Positions 22,238 to 31,321 of a stretch of 64,000 nt of DNA are shown here, one piece after another. A program made the position numbers and the translations under genes. Origin of the DNA: Clostridium sp. (GTDB lineage: Bacteria > Bacillota > Clostridia > Clostridiales > Clostridiaceae); assembly GCA_036820645.1 (NCBI GenBank), contig DAISLB010000005.1:9346-73345 (forward strand), given 5' to 3'. The notes under the pieces were generated by a model. It did no database searches and was not told where the DNA came from. It worked only from the letters and a program-made list of their open reading frames with translations. Numbering within the stretch: position 1 is the stretch's first letter; every line of letters begins with the position of its first letter.

Positions 22238-23482
22238 TTATCTATCTAAAACCAATAATTTTTTTACAAACTGTGCGTGATTTTTACTTTTTACTTTTTC
22301 AATATAATCGTATATTACATCTTCGTTATCTGCGTTTACAAAAGCTACAACTTCTTCTTTATTTCCAGAAACACTATTAGACAAAATATAACAACTTTTG
22401 AAGCTTGAAGATATACTTTCCATAACTTCTACTCTATTTTGTGTTTTAATTCTCAAAAACCAATTACTTTTTGAATCCCAGCTCTTATTTATTCTAGCCT
22501 TTTCACTACTAAAAGTAATAGTTTTTTCTCTTTTATTTTCAACTATGTCTGCTATATCTGCAAAAACTGCACTAGCCGTAGGAAACATTCCAGCTCCTTT
22601 TCCTGAAAACATCACATCTCCTACCGCATCTCCTTCTACTAAAATAGCATTGTATTCATTCTCAATTTTTCCGAGCATAGAATCCTGTTTTACCATAACT
22701 GGCATAACAGCTGCATATATATCATTTTCAGACATTTTGCTAATTCCAAGAAGTTTTATGCTGCACTTTTTCATTTGGGCATATCTGAAATCATCACTAT
22801 CAATTTGTGTAATCCCCTCTATATTTATATCTTTCCAATCTATCCTCCTGTTATAAGCAATAGTAGATAATATTGCAAGCTTTCTAGCTGAATCATATCC
22901 CTTAACATCTGATTCTGGATTTGCTTCTGCAAAGCCTAGTTCTTGAGCAAGTTTTAAGGCTTCTTCATAACTCATACCATTATGGCTCATTTTTGACAAT
23001 ATAAAATTTGTAGTACCATTTAGTATAGATCTAATACTCTTTATTTCATTCCCCACAAGACATTCATTCATTGATTTCAGTATAGGTATTCCCCCTCCAA
23101 CACTTGCCTCAAAATGAATGGTAACTCCATTTTTTTTAGCTAATTGTAAAAGTTCATATCCTCTTTCTGCAATCAAATCCTTATTAGCTGTAACTACATG
23201 TTTTTTCGCATTTAAAGCTCTTTTTATATAATCATAAGATGGGTTTATACCCCCCATAGCTTCCACTATGATATCCACCTTTTCATTGAATATATCCTCT
23301 ATATTTTCTGTTAAAAGCCCCCTATTTTTATTGTTTAAGTGTTTATCTATATTCCTAACCAGAATTTTTGATATTACTAATTCCTCATCTAGTTCATCTT
23401 TAAATTTATATCTATTTTTTGATATAAGTTCAGCTACTCCGCTTCCTACTACCCCATATCCAAGCATTGCTATATTTGCCAT
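22238..23482 (-). CDS. hom: Homoserine dehydrogenase
   Basis: GYGVVG, VTANK, EASVGGGIP, ILNGTTN, GAGMFPTASAV. Confidence 0.96.
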   Translation of the reverse strand: MANIAMLGYGVVGSGVAELISKNRYKFKDELDEELVISKILVRNIDKHLNNKNRGLLTENIEDIFNEKVDIIVEAMGGINPSYDYIKRALNAKKHVVTANKDLIAERGYELLQLAKKNGVTIHFEASVGGGIPILKSMNECLVGNEIKSIRSILNGTTNFILSKMSHNGMSYEEALKLAQELGFAEANPESDVKGYDSARKLAILSTIAYNRRIDWKDINIEGITQIDSDDFRYAQMKKCSIKLLGISKMSENDIYAAVMPVMVKQDSMLGKIENEYNAILVEGDAVGDVMFSGKGAGMFPTASAVFADIADIVENKREKTITFSSEKARINKSWDSKSNWFLRIKTQNRVEVMESISSSFKSCYILSNSVSGNKEEVVAFVNADNEDVIYDYIEKVKSKNHAQFVKKLLVLDR

Positions 23483-23518
23483 TTTACTTCCCCCTAATTA
23501 TTTAATCTTATCAAGTGA

Positions 23519-23650
23519 TTCTTAAACTCAGGTGGAGTTTGCTTAAAAGGAATACCTCTCTCCATCTGAGTCTTAGAAGAACTTATCCAGGGGCGTATCA
23601 GCCGTTAGCTCCCAGAATGGGAGTGTTACGGATGGTAGCCATCGGACAAA
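23519..23650. other. GC-rich two-hairpin element between T-box terminator and hom RBS, identity unknown
   Basis: Stem CTCAGGTGGAG/CTCCATCTGAG and second stem CCGT..GCTCCCA-GAA-TGGGAGT..ACGG closed by TCC/GGA. Confidence 0.55.
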
Positions 23651-23679
23651 TTTACTCAAGTGTTAAATTACCTTCTAAT

Positions 23680-23990
23680 GTTAAAAAAACTCTCCCCAAC
23701 TGGGACGAGTTTTATCGCGTTTCCACCCAATTAACAGCATCAATTTTTAGTTATTTTAGTTATTTACTAAAATAACTAAAATCCATGCAGCCTAGGATAT
23801 TTATCCTCTACTTAAAAACTATTACTATCTCTCAATGTCCATAACGCAGACCTGCGGAAATACCTACTATTAAATTTCAGTATACAACTCAAAGATGGTT
23901 TTCAATAATATTAACTTAGGGAATATTACAGCCTGCGAATCCCCCTCTCTAAAAGCAATTCATTATTTACTTTTTCTTTTCATTGTTTTT
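23680..23990 (-). promoter_or_regulatory. T-box riboswitch, threonine specifier
   Basis: Minus strand: stem I with AGAGA and GCTG boxes, specifier GAAA-ACC-A (ACC = Thr, 23899-23897), AGTA and CGTTA boxes, T-box AATTGGGTGGAAACGCG, terminator CTCGTCCCAGTTGGGGAGAG-T7. Confidence 0.9.
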
Positions 23991-24004
23991 AACACAAATT
24001 AAAT

Positions 24005-24442
24005 TTACTCGACTGCTACCAAACTTACACTTATAACACTGTCTAACTTACCTATCTCTTCAACAAGTTCATTAATTTCCACTTCCAACTTAGAAGCATC
24101 AAAAGTTATAGATACAGCAGCAGCATTATTTATGGGTATGTCCTGATTTAAAGTCAATATATTGCCACTTCTTTGTGCTATTTTATCAAGTATGTTTGAC
24201 AGCGACCCAGTTTTATGAGCTAGTATAAGTCCAATAGTTACCTTATGACTTGTTATACCTTCAGATAATGTAAACACTGAATCTTTGTATTTATAATAAC
24301 TGCTTCTACTTATACCTACTTTCTTTACACCTTCTGATATATCTTTTACGCAGCCAGTTCTCAAAAGTTCCTTCACTTTTACAACTTTGTTAAACACATC
24401 AGGAAGTATTTTAGTATCAATTACAAGAAATCTATTATTCAT
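24005..24442 (-). CDS. thrR: ACT-domain transcriptional regulator, ThrR/PheB-like
   Basis: GISRSSYYKYKD HTH plus ACT domain (NILTLNQDIP); upstream of hom-thrB. Confidence 0.75.
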   Translation of the reverse strand: MNNRFLVIDTKILPDVFNKVVKVKELLRTGCVKDISEGVKKVGISRSSYYKYKDSVFTLSEGITSHKVTIGLILAHKTGSLSNILDKIAQRSGNILTLNQDIPINNAAAVSITFDASKLEVEINELVEEIGKLDSVISVSLVAVE

Positions 24443-24602
24443 AAAACCCCGCCTTGTCCGCTAACAAAATACATATGTGTGTTATCTAAATATATGAATT
24501 ATAATATCATAATAAAAATAAATATTCAACAGTTTTTATAAAAAATTTTGCCTTAAAATGCAAGTAATCCTTTACATACAAATTATATTTTTTAAGCATT
24601 AA

Positions 24603-24970
24603 CTCAACTTTAGCACATATAAAATTTTTTTAATATAAAAAAATTGTGAAGCAACTTTTTTTGAGAGGACAGAGGACAATTGACAGAGGACAGTGAAGGA
24701 TGATTTTTCTACGCTATGCTACGAAAAATCTTCAATTTTAAAAAAACTTATGTTCTTTTGTTTTTCATGGGTACTCTTTTAGTAAGTAATTATTTGAAAA
24801 TCATAGATTTTAGATACCTACTTAAGCGATGTTTTGCTTTAGCAAAACAAGCTTAAAAATAAATTAGTTTTCTGACATAAGGAGGAAAACTCACCTTCAT
24901 TGTCCTCTGTCCTTTGTCAATTGTCCTCTGAAAAGTTGTTTCGCATTATTTTTAAACTGCGAAAGTTGAG
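24603..24970 (+). mobile_element. MITE-like shell carrying a type C heptamer-armed core
   Basis: Ends CTCAACTTTAGCA / TGCGAAAGTTGAG; GCATTAA directly repeated at 24596-24602 and 24971-24977; AGAGGAC-type arm and TGTCCTC-type reverse arm inside; no ORF. Confidence 0.7.
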
Positions 24971-24977
24971 GCATTAA

Positions 24978-25150
24978 TAACTGAAAATGCATAGTAAATG
25001 AACATTTTTCTCCACTATGCTGCGAAAAATCTTAAATTTAAAGAGTGCTGTTGAAGCTTTGCTTCAACAGCACTCTTTAAATTTTCTGAAGTGTTACACG
25101 GAAGAAAATCATCCATAACTATTAATTCTTAACTCTTAATTTTTAATTAT
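24978..25150 (-). repeat. Heptamer-armed palindromic element, type A copy 2
   Basis: Perfect 24-bp stem 25034-25057/25061-25084; reverse complement matches 8741-8810 and 59430-59550. Confidence 0.85.
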
Positions 25151-25157
25151 GTTTTCT

Positions 25158-26999
25158 TTAATCTTCAAATATTATATATGGTACAGTAACTATAGCTATA
25201 TTTCTTCTTCTCAAAAGCACCGTTTTAATAAATAGTGCCGTTTGATTATGAAGTATATTTCCCCACCATTTTGTAACTACAAACTGAGGTAAAACTACAG
25301 TAACCGTATCTTTAGATCCCGCTGAATACTCTTCAGATTCTATAAATTTAACAAGAGGACCCACAATACTTCTGTAAGGTGACTTTTTTACTACTATTGG
25401 TATGTCCACATCATATTCATGCCACTTTTTCAAAAGCTTATTTGTAGCCTCATCATCTACAGAAACATGAAAAACTATTATATTTTTAGAAATTGTCCTT
25501 GCATAATTTAAAGCTTTTAAAAAAGATTTATTCAAAGTATCTATAGGCACTATTACGTATCTCTTTTGTTCTGCAAAGTTTATTTCCTTAGGTTTTTGAT
25601 CAATAGATAACCTTAACTGTTCTGCAACTTTCGTATAATGTTTTTTTATAGCTGCCATAAAATATACTATAATTGGTATAATTATAAAAACTATCCAGGC
25701 TCCACTTGTAAATTTGGTTATTCCAAGTAAAACAGCCGTAAATAAGGTTACAGAAGCACCTATCCCATTTATAAAAGCTTTGTGCCCCCATCCTTGTTTC
25801 TTTATTTTAATCCATCTTACAAGCATTCCAAACTGGGATAGTGTAAAAGATATAAAAACTCCCACAGCATAAAGAGGCATTAAATAGTGGGTTTCACCAT
25901 TAAATAATACTACTAATAAACAAGCTATAATTCCTAAAATTATAATTCCATTGGAATATCCAAGTCTTTTTCCCCTTTTGGCAAATTGTCTTGGTGCAAA
26001 ACCATCCTTAGCCATATATGCTAAAAGCATTGGAAGCCCTGCAAAGGCTGTATTACTTGCCATAATAAGTATAATTGCAGTAGTTGCCTGAATTATATAA
26101 AACAGAACATTGTTTCCAAATACTTGAGCTGCTATCTGAGCTACTACAGTTACATTAGAATTTGGAACTGGATGATACAATGTTGCCAGGTAAGATAAAC
26201 CTGAAAACACTATAAATACAGTAAAAGAAAGAAGTCCTAATACTTTTTTAGCGTTTTTCTGGCATGGCTCTTTGAAGTTAGGTATTCCATTACTTACTGC
26301 TTCAATACCCGTTAAGGCTGTACATCCTGAACAAAAAGCCCTTAAAAATAAAAAGAGAGTTATATCTCCTGTAACCTGAGGTATTTTATAAGCAGCTACT
26401 GGAGTATATCCAAAAATTTTAACCTTACATATTCCCCATACAATCATAACTAATATGGATATAATAAATAGATATGTAGGTATACCAAACATTTTAGAAG
26501 ATTCTCTAAGTCCTCTAAGATTTCCTATAGTCATAAATAATATAAGTAATAAAGTTATTGCAACTTTATATGGAAAAAGTGACGGAATTGCAGATGTTAT
26601 TGCTGCTGTTCCTGCACAAGCGCTAACTGCCACGGTAAGTATATACCCTATAGTAAGCGATCCACCTGCTATAAGTCCTGGTATTGTACCTAGGTTATCT
26701 TTGGCTACAATATATGATCCACCGCCGCCTGGATAAGCGTCTATAGTTTGTCTATAAGACATGGTAACTAAAAACATTAAAAGTACAATGCATAATGTAG
26801 CATAAAACATATATTTATATGACATTATTCCAATTACAGGTATTAATACCCAAAGTATTTCCTCTCCTGCATAAGCCACTGAAGAAATAGCATCACTTGA
26901 TAATATGGGTAGTCCCCAAAATACGTTTAATTTTTCACCTTTTAATTCTTCTGTTTTTAAACTTTTTCCTATTAAAAGTTTTTCTAATTTAGATCCCAT
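25158..26999 (-). CDS. APC-superfamily transporter, KimA/YdaO-like (probable K+ uptake)
   Basis: LSSDAISSVAY, AYPGGGGSY, ALTGIEAVSNG, SPYRS and LHNQ motifs of the YdaO/KimA type. Confidence 0.8.
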   Translation of the reverse strand: MGSKLEKLLIGKSLKTEELKGEKLNVFWGLPILSSDAISSVAYAGEEILWVLIPVIGIMSYKYMFYATLCIVLLMFLVTMSYRQTIDAYPGGGGSYIVAKDNLGTIPGLIAGGSLTIGYILTVAVSACAGTAAITSAIPSLFPYKVAITLLLILFMTIGNLRGLRESSKMFGIPTYLFIISILVMIVWGICKVKIFGYTPVAAYKIPQVTGDITLFLFLRAFCSGCTALTGIEAVSNGIPNFKEPCQKNAKKVLGLLSFTVFIVFSGLSYLATLYHPVPNSNVTVVAQIAAQVFGNNVLFYIIQATTAIILIMASNTAFAGLPMLLAYMAKDGFAPRQFAKRGKRLGYSNGIIILGIIACLLVVLFNGETHYLMPLYAVGVFISFTLSQFGMLVRWIKIKKQGWGHKAFINGIGASVTLFTAVLLGITKFTSGAWIVFIIIPIIVYFMAAIKKHYTKVAEQLRLSIDQKPKEINFAEQKRYVIVPIDTLNKSFLKALNYARTISKNIIVFHVSVDDEATNKLLKKWHEYDVDIPIVVKKSPYRSIVGPLVKFIESEEYSAGSKDTVTVVLPQFVVTKWWGNILHNQTALFIKTVLLRRRNIAIVTVPYIIFED

Positions 27000-27225
27000 T
27001 TTTTTGCTCCTCTAAAATTAAATTTTCTTTTAAGTTTAGTATGAGATGATTATATATTATAATTAACTTTTATCATAGCCTTCTTTTAAATATTTAGAGC
27101 TTATTTTAAATTAAATTAGCCAATTTAAAGCTTATACATAAGTTATTTATCTATATTATTCATTAATTCTTACATTTAATACGATTTTAGTATATTATCA
27201 ATTATTGCACTATTGAAAATACTGA

Positions 27226-28641
27226 TTATTTTTTTAATTTATCGTTGTATAAATTCAAGTCTATGTCATACTTAGTTATTTTTCTGTATATAGTTGCCTT
27301 GCCTATTTGTAATAATTCCGATGCCTTCACAACATTTCCCTTACAATATTCAAGTGCATTTCGAATACACTTCTCTTCTACTACTTCTAAGGGTAAAACT
27401 TGTTTTGGTGAATCATTATTTTCTGGTACTTCAGCTTTTCCACTCCTACCAATAAGGTACTTTAAAGTTATCATGGTATCCTCACAAAGATAATAAGATC
27501 TTTCCACTACATTTCTAAGTTCTCTTGTATTTCCCTCAAAATCATACCTCTTCAACTTTTCTATGTAGGAAGAATCTATATATTTGGGATCACATGGATT
27601 CTTAATATTAAGTTGATTTACAAAATGTTGGGCTAAAAGTTCTATGTCTTCCTTTCTATCCCTCAAAGGAATAAGGTGAATATTCATCACATTAAGTCTA
27701 TAATAAAGATCTCCTCTAAAATTTTTGTTTCCAACCTCATCTTTAAGCACCTTGTTTGTTGCCGCAATTACCCTTACGTCGATAGCTTTTTCATAGTTTC
27801 CTCCAACTCTAACTATTTTAAGATTATCTAGTACCCTCAAAAGTTTTGATTGAATATCAAGTGGAAGTTCTCCTATTTCATCTAAAAATATTGTACCTCC
27901 ATCTGCTAATTCAAATTTCCCTGGATTGCCTCCCTTTGATGCACCTGTAAAGGCACCTTTTTCATATCCGAAAAGTTCACTTTCTACTAATTCTCTAGGT
28001 ATTGCAGCACAGTTCACAGCTACAAAAGGTCCCTGACTTCTGTTGCTGTAATTATGAATAGATTGAGCAAATACTTCTTTTCCTGTACCACTTTCACCTT
28101 CTATGAGTATATTGCAATTTGTTTTAGCTGCTCTTTTAGCTAGCTTTATAACAGTTTTCTCCCTTTCATTTTTTGTAATAACGTCATCAAAAGTAAAGGA
28201 AGCTTTATAACCTACTAATTTATTTACCATTTTATGTAAATTTTTGGTATCTCTAATGGCAAGTACCAATCCTATAATTCGTCCTCTCAATTTTACAGGC
28301 ACTAAATTTACAACACATCTTATCCTTTTTCCATCTATATAAAAGCTGCAATCTTGTGACCATTTGTTTTCTCCAGTAAGTACTACAGTTTTTAATATTT
28401 CATCCTTTAATATTTGATTTAAATAAGTTAAATATAAAGTTTCTTCTTTTACCCCCAGTATTTTAACAGTTGTTATATTTACCTTTTTTATTAAAAGGTT
28501 TTCATCAGTAATTATGAGACCATCATAACAGCAATCAAAAATAGCTTTAAGTATAAAAGATGATATATCATATTCCAATATACTGTCCATATCAATCCTG
28601 CACATACTACCCACATCTTCCAGGAAACTCATATCTTCCAT
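27226..28641 (-). CDS. Sigma54-dependent activator (PAS-AAA+-Fis HTH)
   Basis: [14 protein letters not shown], intact GAFTGA, FLDEIG, DLYYRL, C-terminal HTH. Confidence 0.95.
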   Translation of the reverse strand: MEDMSFLEDVGSMCRIDMDSILEYDISSFILKAIFDCCYDGLIITDENLLIKKVNITTVKILGVKEETLYLTYLNQILKDEILKTVVLTGENKWSQDCSFYIDGKRIRCVVNLVPVKLRGRIIGLVLAIRDTKNLHKMVNKLVGYKASFTFDDVITKNEREKTVIKLAKRAAKTNCNILIEGESGTGKEVFAQSIHNYSNRSQGPFVAVNCAAIPRELVESELFGYEKGAFTGASKGGNPGKFELADGGTIFLDEIGELPLDIQSKLLRVLDNLKIVRVGGNYEKAIDVRVIAATNKVLKDEVGNKNFRGDLYYRLNVMNIHLIPLRDRKEDIELLAQHFVNQLNIKNPCDPKYIDSSYIEKLKRYDFEGNTRELRNVVERSYYLCEDTMITLKYLIGRSGKAEVPENNDSPKQVLPLEVVEEKCIRNALEYCKGNVVKASELLQIGKATIYRKITKYDIDLNLYNDKLKK

Positions 28642-28717
28642 TCTATAACCTCCTCAATATATAACTCTTCTATCTAGTTTTAGTATATCACATTTTGAGA
28701 ATAACCAGAAGATAGCA

Positions 28718-28789
28718 TTGTATCATTATGATAACATATTTATATATTATCATAATGATATTGATTTTTTTGTATCATTGTGATAACAT
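28718..28789. promoter_or_regulatory. Three palindromic enhancer (UAS)-like sites TATCA-N3-TGATA
   Basis: 28721-28733, 28748-28760, 28773-28785; the first and third sit in a 20-bp repeat with one mismatch. Confidence 0.7.
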
Positions 28790-28826
28790 GTAAATATAAA
28801 GTGTTTTGTTGCAGTAAAAAAGCACT

Positions 28827-28842
28827 TGGTACAAAAATTGCT
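28827..28842 (+). promoter_or_regulatory. Sigma54 -24/-12 promoter
   Basis: TGGTACAAAAATTGCT: GG-N10-GC, close to the TGGCACG-N4-TTGCW consensus; divergent from the activator gene. Confidence 0.8.
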
Positions 28843-28869
28843 TTAATATAAATAAAGGTGGATATATGT

Positions 28870-28929
28870 TTGAAAAAACATTTTAATAGCCCAAACCTAA
28901 AAACCCTAAAAACTAAATATTATTTCTAA
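28870..28929 (+). CDS. Candidate 19-aa peptide MKKHFNSPNLKTLKTKYYF (TTG start)
   Basis: AAGGTGG RBS 8 nt before TTG; stop at the base of the terminator; too short for the ORF track. Alternative ATG 28866 gives only MFEKTF. Confidence 0.35.
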   Translation: MKKHFNSPNLKTLKTKYYF

Positions 28930-28980
28930 GTAAAAAATATTCCAGCATAGTAGACCCCTATGCTGGAATATTTTTTACTT
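28928..28980 (+). terminator. Strong intrinsic terminator, potentially bidirectional
   Basis: Perfect 23-bp stem AAGTAAAAAATATTCCAGCATAG / CTATGCTGGAATATTTTTTACTT. Confidence 0.8.
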
Positions 28981-28989
28981 ATCAAATTA

Positions 28990-29231
28990 CCCAACTTTCA
29001 CACATATGAAATTTTGATTTAATAAAAAAATAATGAGAAGCAAATCTTTTGAAAAGAACAAAGTTCAAATAACAAAGAACAGATAATGATGATTCCCCTT
29101 GTATCTCAGGAAATCTATAATTCTAATATTTTCTGACGTTAGGAAGAAAATTATCCTTATTTGTTCTTTAATCTTTGTACTTTGGCATTTAAAAAATTGC
29201 TTCGTTCTATTTTTTTAATGCCAAAATTGAG
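28990..29231 (+). mobile_element. MITE-like shell (eroded) carrying a type B heptamer-armed core
   Basis: Ends CCCAACTTTCACAC / TGCCAAAATTGAG; flanks TCAAATTA and TTAGATTA (6/8 identical); core highly similar to 8867-9040. Confidence 0.65.
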
Positions 29232-29247
29232 TTAGATTATATACAAT

Positions 29248-29293
29248 AAAAAGATAGGAGCCCTTCACCATATGCTATGATGAAAGCTCCTAA
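29248..29293 (-). terminator. Terminator of hyt operon
   Basis: TAGGAGC.TTCA.CATA / TATG.TGAA.GCTCCTA stem followed by TCTTTTT on minus strand. Confidence 0.7.
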
Positions 29294-29319
29294 ATGTTAT
29301 TTATAGTTTTATATAATCT

Positions 29320-29886
29320 TTAGCTTACTTCACGTTGATCCTCATCTTTTTTTTCAACTATATTATGATTATCATCATAAGTAACTAATTTGAGAGATTT
29401 TGTAGGACAAACTTCTATGCAAGCGGGTCCTCCATCTCTACCATGGCAGAGATCACACTTATTTGCTACCACTCTTCCTTTTCCATTTACAGTAGGGTTG
29501 CCTTCTTCACTCATCTTAAGTTCCTTCTGATTTACCAATTTTCCATCCTTATATTGAGAAGCCAATTCAATAGCTCCAAAAGGACAAGCTAACATACAGA
29601 TTTTGCATCCCACACATAAGTCTTGATCTACACTAACACAACCATTTTCATTTGAAATAGCATTAACCGGACAAGCTTTACCGCAAGGAGCGTCTTCACA
29701 TTGTCTGCATTGAACAGGAGCACTTACTTTAGCAGTCTTTATCACATTTAAGCGAGGATTAAAGTTAATTTTAGATACATTTGCAGTAAAAAAATCTCCC
29801 TCTGAATGTGCAATACCACAAGCTGCTTCACAAGTCCTACACCCTATACATTTATTAGGATCTGCTACTACGAGGCAATTTTTCAT
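29320..29886 (-). CDS. hytE2: 4x[4Fe-4S] ferredoxin-like subunit HytE2
   Basis: CIGCRTC, CRQCEDAPC, CVGCKIC, KCDLC; start 29886 behind AGGAG. Confidence 0.85.
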   Translation of the reverse strand: MKNCLVVADPNKCIGCRTCEAACGIAHSEGDFFTANVSKINFNPRLNVIKTAKVSAPVQCRQCEDAPCGKACPVNAISNENGCVSVDQDLCVGCKICMLACPFGAIELASQYKDGKLVNQKELKMSEEGNPTVNGKGRVVANKCDLCHGRDGGPACIEVCPTKSLKLVTYDDNHNIVEKKDEDQREVS

Positions 29887-29890
29887 TTTA

Positions 29891-31288
29891 TTAATTCTCC
29901 TTTTTTCTTGAGATATATTTAGTATGCAATAATTCATGAGACTTAGCTCCTAGTGGTTCGCCTAAGAACTCCTCATATAATTTCTTTATTTCTGGATTTT
30001 CATGTGATTTTCTATAAGTAAGGTTAGCATCATGATTATATAATCCCTTTTTTCTATTATTATAAGCTTCTTCTTTATCGGAATCAAGTATAACTTTAGG
30101 TTGTCCTCCACCACTTATACATCCCTCAGGACAGGTCATAACCTCTATAAAATGTAAATCACATTTACCTGCCTTTACCGCTTCCATAACTTGCTTTACA
30201 TTCTTCAAACCGGAAACTACTCCTACTTTTAGTTTAAAATCTCCTAGATCTACTTCAGCAGTTCTAAAACCTTCTCCGCCTCTTACCATAGTAAGATCTA
30301 TACTTGGAATAGTTTTTTTAGTGTAAAGTTCATATCCAGTTCTAAGTGCTGCTTCCATAACTCCACCTGTAGCACCAAATATAGTTCCTGCACCAGTGTA
30401 CATTCCAAGAGGAGCATCAAATTCTTCTTCTTCAATGGTATTAAAATCAATGTTGGCATCTTTTAATAGTTGTGCCAATTCTCTCGTAGTTATGGCTGCA
30501 TCTACATTTCTATATCCACTATTTTCCATTTCTTCTCTTTCAGTTTCAAATTCCTTGCAGGTACACGGCATAACAGATACATTATAAATTTTAGCTGGAT
30601 TAACTTTATTTATCTCTGCTCCATACGTTTTAAAAATGGCGCCTGCCATCTGATGTGGAGATTTACAGCTTGAGATATGATCTAAAAGTTCAGGATATGT
30701 TTGTTCTGCATATTTTACCCATGCTGGACAGCAGGAAGTAAACATTGGCAAAACTCCACCTTCAGCTACTCTTTTTAATAGTTCACTGCCTTCTTCCATT
30801 ATAGTAAGATCTGCACCAAAGTTTGTATCATATACTTTGTCAAATCCTAACTTTCTAAGTGCAGCTGCCATTTTTCCTGCACTTAAAGTTCCAAGAGGCA
30901 ATCCAAAATCCTCTCCTATGGCAACCCTTACAGCAGGTGCACATTGTACAATTTTAAACACATCCTCATTTTGTAAAATTTCTTTAACCTTTTTTGCCTG
31001 ACCTTTATTATATGCTGCAAACAAAGGTTCATCTACATCCTTTAACAACCCTCTATCAAATAACCTTTTGCTAAGTGGAGTAGGAACCTCATCATATACA
31101 GATTGATAGCCTTTACAAACTTGAACACATTGTCCGCACATAACACACTTTTCAGTATTTATCTTCTGAGGTTTACCCTGTTCACCTTCTATAGCATCCA
31201 CAGGGCAAACATCCGCACATCGTCTGCAGCCTGTACATAATTCTTCATCTATATTTATCATAGAAGCACTAGTTGGCATATTTAACAT
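29891..31288 (-). CDS. hytA: [FeFe]-hydrogenase catalytic subunit HytA
   Basis: H-cluster motifs TSCCPAW, MPCTCKEFE, EVMTCPEGCISGGGQP; 2x[4Fe-4S] N-terminus. Confidence 0.93.
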   Translation of the reverse strand: MLNMPTSASMINIDEELCTGCRRCADVCPVDAIEGEQGKPQKINTEKCVMCGQCVQVCKGYQSVYDEVPTPLSKRLFDRGLLKDVDEPLFAAYNKGQAKKVKEILQNEDVFKIVQCAPAVRVAIGEDFGLPLGTLSAGKMAAALRKLGFDKVYDTNFGADLTIMEEGSELLKRVAEGGVLPMFTSCCPAWVKYAEQTYPELLDHISSCKSPHQMAGAIFKTYGAEINKVNPAKIYNVSVMPCTCKEFETEREEMENSGYRNVDAAITTRELAQLLKDANIDFNTIEEEEFDAPLGMYTGAGTIFGATGGVMEAALRTGYELYTKKTIPSIDLTMVRGGEGFRTAEVDLGDFKLKVGVVSGLKNVKQVMEAVKAGKCDLHFIEVMTCPEGCISGGGQPKVILDSDKEEAYNNRKKGLYNHDANLTYRKSHENPEIKKLYEEFLGEPLGAKSHELLHTKYISRKKEN

Positions 31289-31321
31289 TCCTTTCTTTTC
31301 CGGATTTTTATAACTTATAAA

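Noticed and set aside
23515..23775. 86-aa plus-strand ORF
   Set aside because: Antisense to the T-box antiterminator/terminator and structured leader; no RBS.
23745..23781. Perfect 16-bp AT-rich palindrome as a separate repeat
   Set aside because: Sits just 5' of the T-box sequence on the minus strand, where stem III of the riboswitch is expected.
24660..24935. Heptamer repeats as a CRISPR array
   Set aside because: Units are 7 bp with no unique spacers, arranged as inverted arms; no cas genes.
27000..27225. c-di-AMP (ydaO) riboswitch upstream of the KimA-like gene
   Set aside because: Region is extremely AT-rich and lacks the GCTGAA / GGAACC / GGGTGAA blocks.
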